Source: Candidatus Udaeobacter sp.
GTDB taxonomy: Bacteria; Patescibacteriota; Patescibacteriia; Magasanikbacterales; GWA2-37-8
Assembly: GCA_035473115.1 (NCBI GenBank)
Contig: DATION010000007.1
Coordinates: 41,734 to 105,733 of the forward strand
DNA: 64,000 nucleotides
Direction: 5' to 3'
Position numbers and translations under genes: made by a program. How positions within the stretch are numbered: the stretch's first letter is position 1; the number at the start of each line of letters is the position of its first letter. The notes under the pieces are model-generated. The model worked only from the letters and a program-made list of their open reading frames with translations, had not been told where the DNA came from and searched no databases. Below, in pieces: positions 32,301-42,306 of the stretch.

Positions 32301-35300
32301 AAAATATTTTTAATAATAATTTTGAAGAAACCCCGGCAGCTATGGCTCTAAAAGATTGGGGACCGGCAGCCAATATCTCTGTATCTTTAGAATCTACTCA
32401 TGCGGGCGAACATTCTTTGTCTTATAACGGCACAGCCGCGGTCTATAAAAATCTATCTTTAACTCCAAGCAAAAGTTATGACATAACTTTTTGGGCTAAA
32501 GGCAGCGTTGGAGCTAAGGCGACTGTTATTTTGCAAAATGACAGTGTTGTCACTTTGGGTGACGCTAGCGTAGGTGACGTTTGGCAATTTTATCACTTTG
32601 GTCCGGTAGAACTGGGCGGAACAGCTACCAGCACTCAGCTTAAGTTTTCGATCAACGGACAGTTGTTTATAGATAATGTTAGCCTAAAAGAAGTTACTGA
32701 TTATACTTATTTAGTTAAAAATACCTTAAAAGTTAATCCGGTTTGTGACAGCAATTTAGATGATAATTTACCGGGCGAAGCGCTGGGTTGTTCGGCTTAC
32801 AAAACTCCGGATGACAAACCAGCTTACTTAACTAAGTTTACTTCTCTTTGCCGAGAAAAAGCTATCGGTTGTACAGCTCTATACGATACGCGTAAAACTC
32901 CGGATGAACCTGGTCCGCGCGCTTATAATGTTTGGTTCTCCGGAGAAGGCGGTACTAGTGTTGCCAAAACTATTGGCGGTCAAAATTATAGTTGCCAAGT
33001 TCCGGTCGGCCAAATTGGCTGTTACGTTAATACAGTTGGCGCTACTTTAAGTACAATTACTGCTGCTGGCGGAGAGGTTGTTACTTCCACAATTTATGTT
33101 CAGCCAGACACACCTTTATCATCACCGATATATTTGGTTGCCAATCAAGAAGCTACTTGTAACGCAGTTGATTTAGGCTGTGTATCTGCTGGCAGATTGG
33201 TACAGACTCCAACCGGAGCAACTTATGAAAATATTCTTATAAAAAATGATCCGGCTTTGTACGATACTACCCTTTGTCAGAAAGAAGCGGTTGGCTGTAA
33301 TACTTACACCTCGGCCAATGGCGCTTTGTACTTTAAAGATCCAGCTACTATCGGACAAAAAATTTGCGCTTACAGAGAAAATGTTTTCCTTAACGGCTCA
33401 AATTATAGCGGCTGGTTCTGGAAAAATGTTGGCAAATGTTCAGCGAGCGGTAATTTATGTACGACCGATAAAGATTGTGGCAGCAGCGGCGGCACTTGCG
33501 CTGGTTTAGACGAGCAACCATGTTATCCAAATTATCTACAGACGGGTAATAATTATGGCCTGTGGTCGTACGGTGTAACCAGTTCATATAATAATTTTGT
33601 AGGTGAATGTCCTTCAACACAAAGCGGCTGTACCGAATTTATTGATCATAATGATAATAATAAAGTCTATGATTTAATTAATGATGATCGAATGAAAGCA
33701 TTGCAAAGCGGCTGCAATGGACAGATTAGTGAAAAATCTGGCTGTATCTTGTTTGATAAAACAGATTTGCCAAATAAATTATGGAATACTGCCCAGTCCT
33801 ACGCCAATAGCGTCAAATTAAATAATAGTCTAGTTGGGCCGGTGGCCAGCAATTCCGGAGATCCTAATGATGCTAATATAATTTTGAAAGTAGATCGGGA
33901 CAGAGAATGCGGTGAATGGCTGCAATGTCGATCATCACATCGCGTATTTGATTCTCAAACCGGAAATTATAAAGAAATCTGTGATGCTATTGGCAGGTGT
34001 AATAAGAGTCCGGAATCAGCCGAAAAAGGCGATATTACCAACTGTGCCAACTGGGTCAGTTCGCAAGAATTAGTTAATCAGGTTTTAACCGACGATGCTT
34101 ATCGTAACCGAAACACGGATTGGACCGGTCAAGAGTTTAGTGGTTACAGTATTTTGAATTATTATCCAGTAGAAGAACTATCAGAAGTAAATTTTGGTGG
34201 TAATTCCGCGACCGATCAACAGTGGAGGTTGGCAAAAAAAGTTCCATGCGGCGGCGGATCTAACTGTGCTTCCAGTGTTTTCACCGAAGATTTTGCTTGT
34301 AACACGACCGGCTTAGCTTGCGGACGAGGCAATGCTGGAATTTGCCAAAACCATATTTGTTTGTCTAACCCTAATGGAACTACTGCCGATGTTACTCATC
34401 AATCGATCGGTCAATCTTGCCGCGCCTATCCGGAAGAAACTTCTCCATTCCCTAATTCCGAACCAATTGGCAACTCCTCAGTATATGGATCTGTAAATTT
34501 ATGCAATGAAACTGCCGGTTTTATTACCGACAAAACCAAAGCGGCGGCTTGTGATTGTAATTACACCAAGATTAATTATGGTGATAGCTTTACCAAGTAT
34601 TGGGATTTTAATAACCCAAATAGCAATGGTATTCTGAAACCGGATGGAACTTTGGCCAAAGGAATAGTTAGTGGTATCTGTTCCGGCGGAGTTAGCGCCG
34701 GACTAGTATGCGGTACAGACAGTGATTGTACTGGCGGCAGCTGTCAGAAATTAGGCAAGCAGGCTCGCCTGATCGGCTGGCACGGCTATTGTATTGAGCC
34801 GGATATTTCTAGGCCGTTAAATGCGGAACCGAATAATTTTGCTTGTTTAACCTGGTTCCCGGTTGATACTATTATGGGCTCTCCGGACATTAATAGTCAG
34901 CACGTAGAAGCTGGTTTCCAGGCATCAAGCGCTGGTGGAAAATATTATTGTTTGGACGCGCAAGGAAATCAGCAATTTGACTCCGCCGCTCAGCAAAATA
35001 ATTATGATAAACTTTTAGGTACAAAAACTATTGCTCGTCCCGGTAGTGTAAATAACAGCTGTACTGATACTAGTGGCCCTTGCTCAAGTTGTGTTAGCAA
35101 TGGCTGTTTTACCAATCCTTTTACCAGAGAAAAAAGAGTCATCGGTAATCTTTCCTCACAAAATATTTTCTTAGATGGTATTGATTATATTAAGATAGTC
35201 ACTAAGAGTGGAGATAATAACTGGTTGGGCAACAGAACTTTTTATATTAGAAATGGTTTAAAAACAAAATATAATGGCCCGCAGTGGAGTGTGGTCGGCA

Positions 35301-37009
35301 AAGAAGCGCCACCTGCGCAGCAGCTTAAGGGTGAATCTCTTAATTTAGGATTTGGTCCATACGCTGCATCCGACGGTACGGATCAAAGCAAAAATGCGGA
35401 GTGGTTTTTAAGATACGATGATGGTGAAGGTGATGGTACTGATAATTGGCAATTTGGCGATCCGGCCCAACAAGACATAACGGCTGCCGGATTTACCGAC
35501 CTTTTAATTTCCAATAACTCCGTTCCACCACCAGTGCCAGTAAATGGTGGAAGTAATTGTTCTGTAACCGGAGGAGTAGTAGGTAATCTAGATGCAGAAG
35601 GCAGAGATAATATACAGCTTTGTGTTGGTGATCACGATGATCATGATGATGGCTGCGCGGTAAGAGTTAAATTTAATAATGGAAAATTAGATAGAGTAAA
35701 CTTGGTATGTTACACCGATGATAATGGAGACACCGAATCCGCTACTGCTGATGTTTATGTTGGTTTGCGTGAAACCTGTACCCGTATTGCTCAAACTGAA
35801 GCAGTGCCTTATAGCAGTGTAGGCTGGACAGATCATTTATGGAAAAATACGAATTATATAGTAAGCCAGCCCGATCTGCCATATTTGATTTTTATACCAA
35901 ATATTCTTAATTATCCATTTTCGTTATTAAACGAACCGTTTGGCAGTCTGGCTGTAAATTCATTAGCTCCAAACAAATTAATTAACATATTTACTCACTA
36001 CAATAAAACCACTTTTGATCCGCCGCCAGCGATTACAGGTTTTCCGTATGGCTGTGATGGTGTTTGTGCAGATTTAAGATCTGCCAATCCGGAAGGAACA
36101 CCTGGTCCGGCAAGTAATCAAGGAATAGTCGAGGGAAAATTATTTCTGTCAACTATTTTTGCTAAAATAGATAGTGTTTGGAGTTGGAATCAATCAGTTG
36201 GTGGTTATGAACAAGACAGCAACTGGGAAGATACATTTAATCCTAACCCAACCAATAGGCCATATAATTTTACTGCTGAAACAAACTGGACATCCCAAGG
36301 CCGAGCGCCAAAAATTCATTCTCTAGGCACTTGTAAAAAAGGCGATAAATGTTTGGAAACTAATACCGATGGTTTTACTTTAAACGGAAAATCATCCGGA
36401 GACGTTGTATTCCCGGATAGAGTCGCTCCGGTAAATATTAAATTCTTTGGATTTGCCGACAAAAACCAAATGCCAATTAAGAAGATGCAAGTAGATTGGG
36501 GAGATGGCGATAAAGTTTCTTTAGATGGTTATTTCCGCAATAAACGAGGAGAAGTAAATGGTGTTTGCGGAACCAATAATACCTGTTTTGTTTCCAGTTC
36601 TGCCGGAGATATTAACACCAAGCAATCTTGCGCTTCTAACAATGATTGCCGCTACTTGGATAACTGTTTTGCCGAAAATATATCTCCAAATTTTGGTCAG
36701 ATAGCCGGTCGAACTTGTGATAGTGCTTATTTCCGTTTTGATCACGTTTACCAATGTTTGCGCGGCGGCTCTGGTTGGACAAGTTCTTGTCCCGATGCTC
36801 AAACTCAATCTTTATCTGGCGGCTGTTGTGTTTTCAAACCAAAAGTACAGATAAAAGATAATTGGGGCTGGTGTAATGGAACTTGTGTCGGAGGACCGGG
36901 AGGAAATGGTTGTTATGATAAAAGTTGGCTGCCAGGAAACCAGGATGAGTGTCAAACTTCTGGAGCTTACACAACGTTTAATGGAAAAGTTATAGTAGCT
37001 CCGGAATAA
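29315..37009 (+). CDS. Giant (2564 aa) secreted cysteine-rich surface protein with a CBM-like beta-sandwich module
   Basis: Signal peptide ending VQPAQA; uninterrupted 7.7-kb ORF; hundreds of Cys/Gly/Asn residues; a CBM4/9-like segment (…YKNLSLTPSKSYDITFWAKGSVGAKATVILQN…QLFIDNVSLKEV). Confidence 0.7.
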   Translation: MQKFNKFALKILLLIFTFVTIAGSLSFVQPAQAIPVEVVADAPSTMDKVLDQIALFLKTATVNIAVQSFAYFMRRVSYDSAVWLASGGKGETPFAHTKTFGNYISDVADNAAGVAIEQLGKPYGLNLCKIPDPKIDLAMRIGLNYQFLSQTVVKPTCTWQSFQKDVLNADNWKSQFGSVDDVAKKFNVAFSVDQSDIGILLSATEKIDNIVAQQTTAETLQRQEGQGVKDKKTLISDNISTNGNLIAHDIQSLTPSEQQKKAEQGFWSTVGTGLTGAISGAGSLFLNTLLNKMVENYRNKGMFPFGACIGDSGDPSCKGVQNNLLNAEGQISQGGRQGAQALFADFLTPPNVQIDRYDILGSFSSCPPTSPGPENCVVDSGLAQAAQETSVGKPITIADALAKNWLHGEWKLLSPERSADQTDVNCYQRAYCYANIAKLRKSRILPLGFEIAALNSNPDTPWTLKQVVDGFNDCNFIKDANGNVVGVDNDPINKPFCHLIDPNWVVKAPALKCNFLAFGATPFFRGTPNRAQECADLSTCVAYDKNGNCSNQGYCTRERNVWKIDAAKCDSQFRTCQSFQDSTGKDVSYLYRTLDTAYCNQDNVGCAEYSLKQDNNGSWTNYAKNDLNSAGENSAIYLNNKISTNCSANSDGCASFQVASTSDKLYLRQAPYYLQCYDTNPSTLAIDWPQTNSDLAKLPTKSACNNFSQACIPDEVNCNSYNPVSYVGTAIPGKFTPATVVENQIVWNDQCDKRCVGYSAYREIPSNYSDGQAVSYIIPSSGSKCSAIDEGCTSFTNLSATVGGLEKVEHFSYLRPCILPDTTKQKNFYTYEGSAVGGYQLKGFVLEKNSDGSPKYFYRTNEDLVGYDSVCSESLYKQGLASPDCRQFNDDKGAVYYKLLSKTIAVSQSCTPYRLNDTELRPVNLSQADCLTQKGNWDSAAGKCSVCFQNGEYRDGQCFYSGLPGDVQNTAGISKTCAAEVNSCRAYKGNAGNNVKNIFNNNFEETPAAMALKDWGPAANISVSLESTHAGEHSLSYNGTAAVYKNLSLTPSKSYDITFWAKGSVGAKATVILQNDSVVTLGDASVGDVWQFYHFGPVELGGTATSTQLKFSINGQLFIDNVSLKEVTDYTYLVKNTLKVNPVCDSNLDDNLPGEALGCSAYKTPDDKPAYLTKFTSLCREKAIGCTALYDTRKTPDEPGPRAYNVWFSGEGGTSVAKTIGGQNYSCQVPVGQIGCYVNTVGATLSTITAAGGEVVTSTIYVQPDTPLSSPIYLVANQEATCNAVDLGCVSAGRLVQTPTGATYENILIKNDPALYDTTLCQKEAVGCNTYTSANGALYFKDPATIGQKICAYRENVFLNGSNYSGWFWKNVGKCSASGNLCTTDKDCGSSGGTCAGLDEQPCYPNYLQTGNNYGLWSYGVTSSYNNFVGECPSTQSGCTEFIDHNDNNKVYDLINDDRMKALQSGCNGQISEKSGCILFDKTDLPNKLWNTAQSYANSVKLNNSLVGPVASNSGDPNDANIILKVDRDRECGEWLQCRSSHRVFDSQTGNYKEICDAIGRCNKSPESAEKGDITNCANWVSSQELVNQVLTDDAYRNRNTDWTGQEFSGYSILNYYPVEELSEVNFGGNSATDQQWRLAKKVPCGGGSNCASSVFTEDFACNTTGLACGRGNAGICQNHICLSNPNGTTADVTHQSIGQSCRAYPEETSPFPNSEPIGNSSVYGSVNLCNETAGFITDKTKAAACDCNYTKINYGDSFTKYWDFNNPNSNGILKPDGTLAKGIVSGICSGGVSAGLVCGTDSDCTGGSCQKLGKQARLIGWHGYCIEPDISRPLNAEPNNFACLTWFPVDTIMGSPDINSQHVEAGFQASSAGGKYYCLDAQGNQQFDSAAQQNNYDKLLGTKTIARPGSVNNSCTDTSGPCSSCVSNGCFTNPFTREKRVIGNLSSQNIFLDGIDYIKIVTKSGDNNWLGNRTFYIRNGLKTKYNGPQWSVVGKEAPPAQQLKGESLNLGFGPYAASDGTDQSKNAEWFLRYDDGEGDGTDNWQFGDPAQQDITAAGFTDLLISNNSVPPPVPVNGGSNCSVTGGVVGNLDAEGRDNIQLCVGDHDDHDDGCAVRVKFNNGKLDRVNLVCYTDDNGDTESATADVYVGLRETCTRIAQTEAVPYSSVGWTDHLWKNTNYIVSQPDLPYLIFIPNILNYPFSLLNEPFGSLAVNSLAPNKLINIFTHYNKTTFDPPPAITGFPYGCDGVCADLRSANPEGTPGPASNQGIVEGKLFLSTIFAKIDSVWSWNQSVGGYEQDSNWEDTFNPNPTNRPYNFTAETNWTSQGRAPKIHSLGTCKKGDKCLETNTDGFTLNGKSSGDVVFPDRVAPVNIKFFGFADKNQMPIKKMQVDWGDGDKVSLDGYFRNKRGEVNGVCGTNNTCFVSSSAGDINTKQSCASNNDCRYLDNCFAENISPNFGQIAGRTCDSAYFRFDHVYQCLRGGSGWTSSCPDAQTQSLSGGCCVFKPKVQIKDNWGWCNGTCVGGPGGNGCYDKSWLPGNQDECQTSGAYTTFNGKVIVAPE

Positions 37010-37023
37010 AAATAACTAAATAA

Positions 37024-37052
37024 AAAATCTCGCTAGTATTGGCGAGATTTTT
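37024..37052. terminator. Bidirectional rho-independent terminator after the giant gene
   Basis: aatctcgc-tagtattg-gcgagatt perfect hairpin flanked by A- and T-runs. Confidence 0.7.
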
Positions 37053-37162
37053 TATTCTACTCAATAGAAGATTTTCTTCTGCTAAGTGGATGTGTGCGCT
37101 ACTGATTTCTCAGCAGCGCACGGGTTGATGGTGGAGGGTGGATGTGGAAGGAACGAGGGGGT

Positions 37163-37660
37163 CTAGTTGGCATTTTGGAAGCAGGTGAGAGTCGTATCTT
37201 GACTCACCACCATCACCAGTTTGTTGACGAGATTATCGTCACTCCTGGTGATTGTCACCTGACTCATCTCCTTGGCTCCGCTACCGGCGATGCTCAAAGA
37301 GCAAATGCCGTTGTTAGACGACGTCAACGTGACATCGTAGTTCCCGCTCCAGTTGGAGCAGGTCCATTGTCTCGTCATCATCCAGCTGTAGCTGGCACAT
37401 GGATTGGCTTGGGGTGCATCAGGTGCACCGGCGTCGGGGGGCGTCATCGCTGAGCCCGATCCGGAGCCGGTCATCACGCTGCCATTGCCGTCGTCGTCAT
37501 CGCCGCTGGTCGTGCTGTCGGTAGCACAGCCGCTGCTGAATGCCATGGCACAGATGCCGAGGATCAGCACTCCGATCGAGACCACACGTGCCCATGTGTA
37601 GTAGTTGTGGATCTCTTCGGTGGTCTGGTTGCTCGTGCTGTAACCGTTCGGGTTCTTCAT
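37163..37660 (-). CDS. Hypothetical lipoprotein in a GC-rich patch
   Basis: Strong SD GGAGGA 4 nt before the ATG (MKNPNG...); TM/signal then AFSSGC lipobox; Asp/Gly/Ser-rich; ~55% GC. Confidence 0.5.
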   Translation of the reverse strand: MKNPNGYSTSNQTTEEIHNYYTWARVVSIGVLILGICAMAFSSGCATDSTTSGDDDDGNGSVMTGSGSGSAMTPPDAGAPDAPQANPCASYSWMMTRQWTCSNWSGNYDVTLTSSNNGICSLSIAGSGAKEMSQVTITRSDDNLVNKLVMVVSQDTTLTCFQNAN

Positions 37661-37715
37661 CGTATCCTCCTGAGTTTGTGTGCCGGTTGGCACGTTGGTT
37701 GCTATGTCGTTGGTA

Positions 37716-37857
37716 TTCGAGCTTGAATCTAATTAGCACTTTTGCTAAGCAAACTTAAGCTCGAATATCTTGTTTTTTCCACCATCTTATTGGCTAATCT
37801 TAGAGAAATCTCTAATCTTAGCACTTTTGTAAAGAGCGGTTGTCAGTAACTGACAAC
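37716..37857. promoter_or_regulatory. Divergent control region with operator-like palindromes between the lipoprotein gene and the T4SS-like cluster
   Basis: ~52-bp near-perfect palindrome centred on TTAGCAnnnnTGCTAA (37733-37748), a second ttagcacttttg copy at 37818, and the perfect 19-bp palindrome gttgtcagtaactgacaac (37839-37857). Confidence 0.4.
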
Positions 37858-38050
37858 AAGGTATATTACACCTTTTTTGGGTTTTTGTCAATGTCTGTTT
37901 TTTGTTCCCAATTTTATTCTTGTGTAAGGCAAAATAGAAGAAAAATAGCTTTACAACTACGTTGGGTTTTAAAAGTGGAAAAAAATACTTTTCCACTTTG
38001 CTCGTACCTAGTAATTGTGGTACAATTAAGTTGATAATTTTTCTTTTTTC

Positions 38051-41000
38051 ATGCTTGTCATACTCAATAAATTAAACTCTTATTTTTCTAAGTTTTGGCT
38101 GCTTTTAAAGCCGCGCCGCAGGCTCGGATTGGTTAGTTTTGTTATCTTAACTTCTTTGCTATTGGTAGTTTGGTTTGTTAGTACCAGTACAGCTCAGGCC
38201 GGAGTTATTGATGGCATAAGAGATTTATTTACCAGTTTGATATTTTTGGTAGCCGGTTTATTTATTAAACTGACGTTTTTTTTATTAAAATTTGTTATCG
38301 AAATTGCCGGCTATAACAGCTTCATAGATTCCTCGGCGGTGATTGTCGGCTGGGTAATGGTGCGCGATATAACCAATATGTTTTTTGTGGTTATTTTGCT
38401 GCTCATATCTTTTGGCACTATCCTAGGTTTAGAACAATACGAATATAAAAAATTATTAGTCAAACTGCTCATTGCCGCTATTGTGGTAAATTTTAGTCGA
38501 ATCATTTGCGGTATTATTATTGATATTGCTCAAGTGGTAATGATTACTTTTGTTAATGGTATTGCTGCTACTGCCGGAGGTAATTTAGTCAGTATGTTTG
38601 GGGTAGACAAGATTTTTAAATTAACCGGCAGCGCCCAAGGTATAGCGCAGCAAGGCTCCACATTTTTGGCCGCGGTGGCTGCCATTGGATTTTCTTCCAT
38701 CATGATGATGACGATGTTAACTTTTCTGTTTTTATTATTGGCACGCATGGTGGCATTGTGGATTTTAATTGTACTTTCTCCATTTGCTTTTGTTTTAAAT
38801 GTTTTGCCGCAAACCCAAAAATATGCGGGTCAATGGTGGGACGAGTTTGGCGGCAATGTCGTGGCCGGACCGATTGTCGCTTTTTTTCTTTGGTTAGCTT
38901 TTGTTACCGTCGGCAATGGTCGAATAAACAATGAGATTTCGGCCGGTAGTTCTCAACCACTTACTCAAGAAGGCGCAGAAAATTCTCCGGAAACTTCTAC
39001 TGGTATTACCGATATAATGAGTTGGGCCCAGATGGCTAATTTTGCGATTGCTATCGGTATGTTGCTTACCGGCGCTAAGGTGGCTCAGCAACTTGGCGCG
39101 GCTGGCGGATCTTTAATGAGTAAAGCCGGTGATTTTGGCAAGAGAGTGGCAATGGTTGCTTCTGGTCTTACTGCGGCACGCTGGGCTGGTGGCAAAGCTT
39201 TGGCAGCTGGAAAGGCGACTGGCAAGTTTGCTTTAATGAAAGCGCCATTGATTGGCGGTGAGGCTTGGCAGCGAAGAGGTCGTAGAATTAGAGCTGAAGC
39301 TTCTGGCAGATATTATGATTGGGTAGGAAAAAGAACAATTAAGGCTGGTAAAATTGCAAAACAATTGGCTGTTAATGAAAAAGGTAAATATATAATAAAA
39401 GGTACAGCAGAAAACTCTACTCCAGAATTAGACAAAAATGGCAAGCCTATTCTTGATGAGCATGGTGAGATTAAGTATAAAGATATAAAGCAGAGTGGTC
39501 CTATGGATTGGTTTAGAAGAATGAAAGCCAGGGCGCAGTTAGCTGTTGGACCAGGTTTTTCGACATATAACGATGAGTATCTTACAGATATGGAAACCAC
39601 TGTAAAATATAAAAAGGAACGCTTAGAGCATATGGTCAGCACCAGTAGCTTAAGGGTTGGTTTAGAAAAACGTAAAGCTGAAGAAATGCTTCATGGCTAT
39701 GAAGAAACTGGAAAAGAGATTAAATCTGGTAGAACTGCCAGAATGCAAGCCAGAAGACAAGAAATAAACGAGATAATTGAAAATGGGGTTGATGTTGATT
39801 CTAAACTACGTAAAAAAGGCTTAAATAGTAATGAAATATTTGAAGCTAAAGAATTTTATCAGAGAACAAGAAAAGCTGAGTCTGGTAAGGCTACAGCTAA
39901 AGTTACCAGTGAAGAAACTAATGCCATAAAAAACCTTAAGGAAGCGGAAGTGTTAGAAGGCTATATGGCTTCTAAAGGAGCTGCTCAAGAATCTCGAACT
40001 GCTGCTTTGAAAGCGGAAACAAAACAGATTGATGATAAGTTAAATGCGGAGAGAGAAATAAAAGAATTAGAAGCCATACGAGAATTGATTAGAGAAGGTG
40101 GATTTGGACATGAAAAGCAGAAAGATATCACAGCCAGCAAAGCTATGTTAGAGCAGATTACTTTTGATATCAATCAAGATAAAGATTTGGCTTTAGCTAT
40201 TGCCAGAGATCAGTATTTAAAAGCTCAATACAGAGACAGTGAAGCTCTAAACGAGCAGAATGTGTTGGCAAAACAAGCAAAAGAAAGAATTGAAAAACAA
40301 TCGGTTGGTACCGATTACCCAAGATCAAAAGCCAGAGTAGCCAGCTTGTTAAACCAAAAAAACGATGCATTTGCCGAATTGGAAGCTGCCAAGTTAGCCG
40401 GTGATTCTGATAAAATTAAAATAGCTACTAAAAAATTTGAGCAAAGCGAAAAAAGTTTATCCGAAATGCAGATCGGTAACTGGGAGCAGCACGGTTCGAT
40501 CGGAGCTGGTAATATGGCCGAAGTCGTCTCCAAAATTGATCCCGAGTTGTTAAAAGGCGTAAGCATTGATCCTGCAGATACTAAATCTGTCAGAAAAGTC
40601 CAAGCCGCTATATTTACATCTTTAACTGGAGATAAAGTAGACGCGTCAGGCGCAGGTGTTAATGCCGCAGTTGAGAAATTTAACAAAATGCATGGTGCCC
40701 GTTCGCAGGCAATGTTGGAACAGCTCAGATTGGCGCTCGATAAAGCTGCTGGTCAGGGTGTATTTTCGGTAGCTGGAGTATTGCAAACAGAATTAGGCAG
40801 TGACGGCAGAATTTCAACTAAAGTAGCCGATGTAGACAATGCGGATGAAAAAATAAGAGATAGAGTTGTATCTTATATAAAAAGCCGAAGAGAAGCAGCC
40901 AGATCAGCCGCAAAAATAACAACCATCAGCGCCGGTTTGGATGGAACAGTTGATATCAATAGCGAAGGTAAAGCAGTAGTTGAATCGCCAGAATCAATAA

Positions 41001-41293
41001 AAATTATTACTAACTTATTATCGCCGCTTACTTCTACCAGATTAGATAGTGTCGACGAATACGTCAGAAGCGGTTTGGCTGGAATATTAAAAAATTCAAC
41101 TGATAAAGCATTGGCAGAGTTAAAAAATAGTCTAAGTCAGCAAGGAGTTGCCAGAGATAAGGGAGCTTTGGCTACCTTGCTAAGCGATGCTTTGCGTAAG
41201 GCAGGGGATGATATTAAAAAAGAAAACAAAGAATTGATAGAAAATTGGATTAAAGAATTCGGTCCAAGCGTAAAAGCCAAAAAAACAAAATAA
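38051..41293 (+). CDS. VirB6/TrbL-like polytopic membrane protein with a ~700-aa coiled-coil/Lys-Glu-rich C-terminal extension
   Basis: ~7 TM helices in the first ~330 aa (the Gram-positive T4SS VirB6-like pattern), then a long hydrophilic tail. Confidence 0.6.
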   Translation: MLVILNKLNSYFSKFWLLLKPRRRLGLVSFVILTSLLLVVWFVSTSTAQAGVIDGIRDLFTSLIFLVAGLFIKLTFFLLKFVIEIAGYNSFIDSSAVIVGWVMVRDITNMFFVVILLLISFGTILGLEQYEYKKLLVKLLIAAIVVNFSRIICGIIIDIAQVVMITFVNGIAATAGGNLVSMFGVDKIFKLTGSAQGIAQQGSTFLAAVAAIGFSSIMMMTMLTFLFLLLARMVALWILIVLSPFAFVLNVLPQTQKYAGQWWDEFGGNVVAGPIVAFFLWLAFVTVGNGRINNEISAGSSQPLTQEGAENSPETSTGITDIMSWAQMANFAIAIGMLLTGAKVAQQLGAAGGSLMSKAGDFGKRVAMVASGLTAARWAGGKALAAGKATGKFALMKAPLIGGEAWQRRGRRIRAEASGRYYDWVGKRTIKAGKIAKQLAVNEKGKYIIKGTAENSTPELDKNGKPILDEHGEIKYKDIKQSGPMDWFRRMKARAQLAVGPGFSTYNDEYLTDMETTVKYKKERLEHMVSTSSLRVGLEKRKAEEMLHGYEETGKEIKSGRTARMQARRQEINEIIENGVDVDSKLRKKGLNSNEIFEAKEFYQRTRKAESGKATAKVTSEETNAIKNLKEAEVLEGYMASKGAAQESRTAALKAETKQIDDKLNAEREIKELEAIRELIREGGFGHEKQKDITASKAMLEQITFDINQDKDLALAIARDQYLKAQYRDSEALNEQNVLAKQAKERIEKQSVGTDYPRSKARVASLLNQKNDAFAELEAAKLAGDSDKIKIATKKFEQSEKSLSEMQIGNWEQHGSIGAGNMAEVVSKIDPELLKGVSIDPADTKSVRKVQAAIFTSLTGDKVDASGAGVNAAVEKFNKMHGARSQAMLEQLRLALDKAAGQGVFSVAGVLQTELGSDGRISTKVADVDNADEKIRDRVVSYIKSRREAARSAAKITTISAGLDGTVDINSEGKAVVESPESIKIITNLLSPLTSTRLDSVDEYVRSGLAGILKNSTDKALAELKNSLSQQGVARDKGALATLLSDALRKAGDDIKKENKELIENWIKEFGPSVKAKKTK

Positions 41294-41303
41294 TTATTAG
41301 TTT

Positions 41304-42302
41304 ATGAAATTGTCGGTTAGAGAAATGACAATGGAAGCGTTTGAAAATCTTGAAAAAGAATTAAGAGCTTCGCATATTGATATTTCAGCCATGCAAGAAA
41401 CATGGCAATCTTTGGATGCGTACTTTAGAAATTCCTCATTGGCTGAAGATGAAAGATTTAGATGGACTTATTTTAGAATTTATACTGAACTAACCTGGAA
41501 AATGTTTGGCGCTCAGAACCCGGATTTTATAGTCAATATGGCTATAGCTAGGCAAATTCCGATGGCGCTGCAGCTTGATTTTAATGTTTTTGAAAGCATT
41601 GTTAGTTATCTCGGATCACAAGCTTTGGTTGAAGCGGAAGTACAAAGCCTGTATCTGAAAATTCAGAAAGCATTTTTGGAATCAGAGGCTGTTATTGGGG
41701 TTTGGCAAGGAGAGAATATTACCGTCTCAGAAGTGATCAAAGAAATTAATTCCGTTTATAACAGCGGTGATTCTTTGGAACAAGCTGATTTTGAGAGCCG
41801 GTTATTGCAAATAATGTTTTCTAATGAAGAAGCGGAAAAATACTCCACGGTTGATCCGGAAGATGGTAAAGGTAGATTTTTAGATCTAGTCAGTTTTTTT
41901 CAAACTTTTGCCCAAGAAGATATCTCATATATTGTTGATAGTTTGTTAAATCCGGAAAAATATGAAAATAATGCCGCTGCTCAAGAGGAACTTTCACCAG
42001 AGTCCGAAATTGAAGAAACTTCTGAGTCTGCAGCTGTCGCGCCGCAACCAGCTTCTTCTCGGCTAGAATCAAAATCAGCTTTTGAGCAGACTTCGGTAGT
42101 AGAGCCGCCAGCCCGACTTGCTATGGCGCAGATTAAATCCCAGATTGAATCGCAATTTAAAAAAGATACAGAAGGGAACTTTGTTGATTTAGAAGGAGTT
42201 ATGGCCAAGTTAAGCGAGCTGGCTGATAAGTATAATGATCCAAAAATTGTCGAAGCAATATATTTTGATGAGCAAGACAATAAATTTAAATGGAATATAT
42301 AA
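41304..42302 (+). CDS. Hypothetical acidic cytoplasmic protein within the T4SS-like cluster
   Basis: 332 aa, no TM, no recognisable motif. Confidence 0.5.
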   Translation: MKLSVREMTMEAFENLEKELRASHIDISAMQETWQSLDAYFRNSSLAEDERFRWTYFRIYTELTWKMFGAQNPDFIVNMAIARQIPMALQLDFNVFESIVSYLGSQALVEAEVQSLYLKIQKAFLESEAVIGVWQGENITVSEVIKEINSVYNSGDSLEQADFESRLLQIMFSNEEAEKYSTVDPEDGKGRFLDLVSFFQTFAQEDISYIVDSLLNPEKYENNAAAQEELSPESEIEETSESAAVAPQPASSRLESKSAFEQTSVVEPPARLAMAQIKSQIESQFKKDTEGNFVDLEGVMAKLSELADKYNDPKIVEAIYFDEQDNKFKWNI

Positions 42303-42306
42303 AAAT

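Noticed and set aside
37787-38034. Small ORFs 37787..37996(-) and 37840..38034(+) in the T4SS upstream region
   Set aside because: This is an AT-rich intergenic control region; the ORFs are low-complexity and overlap each other and the palindromic operator sites.
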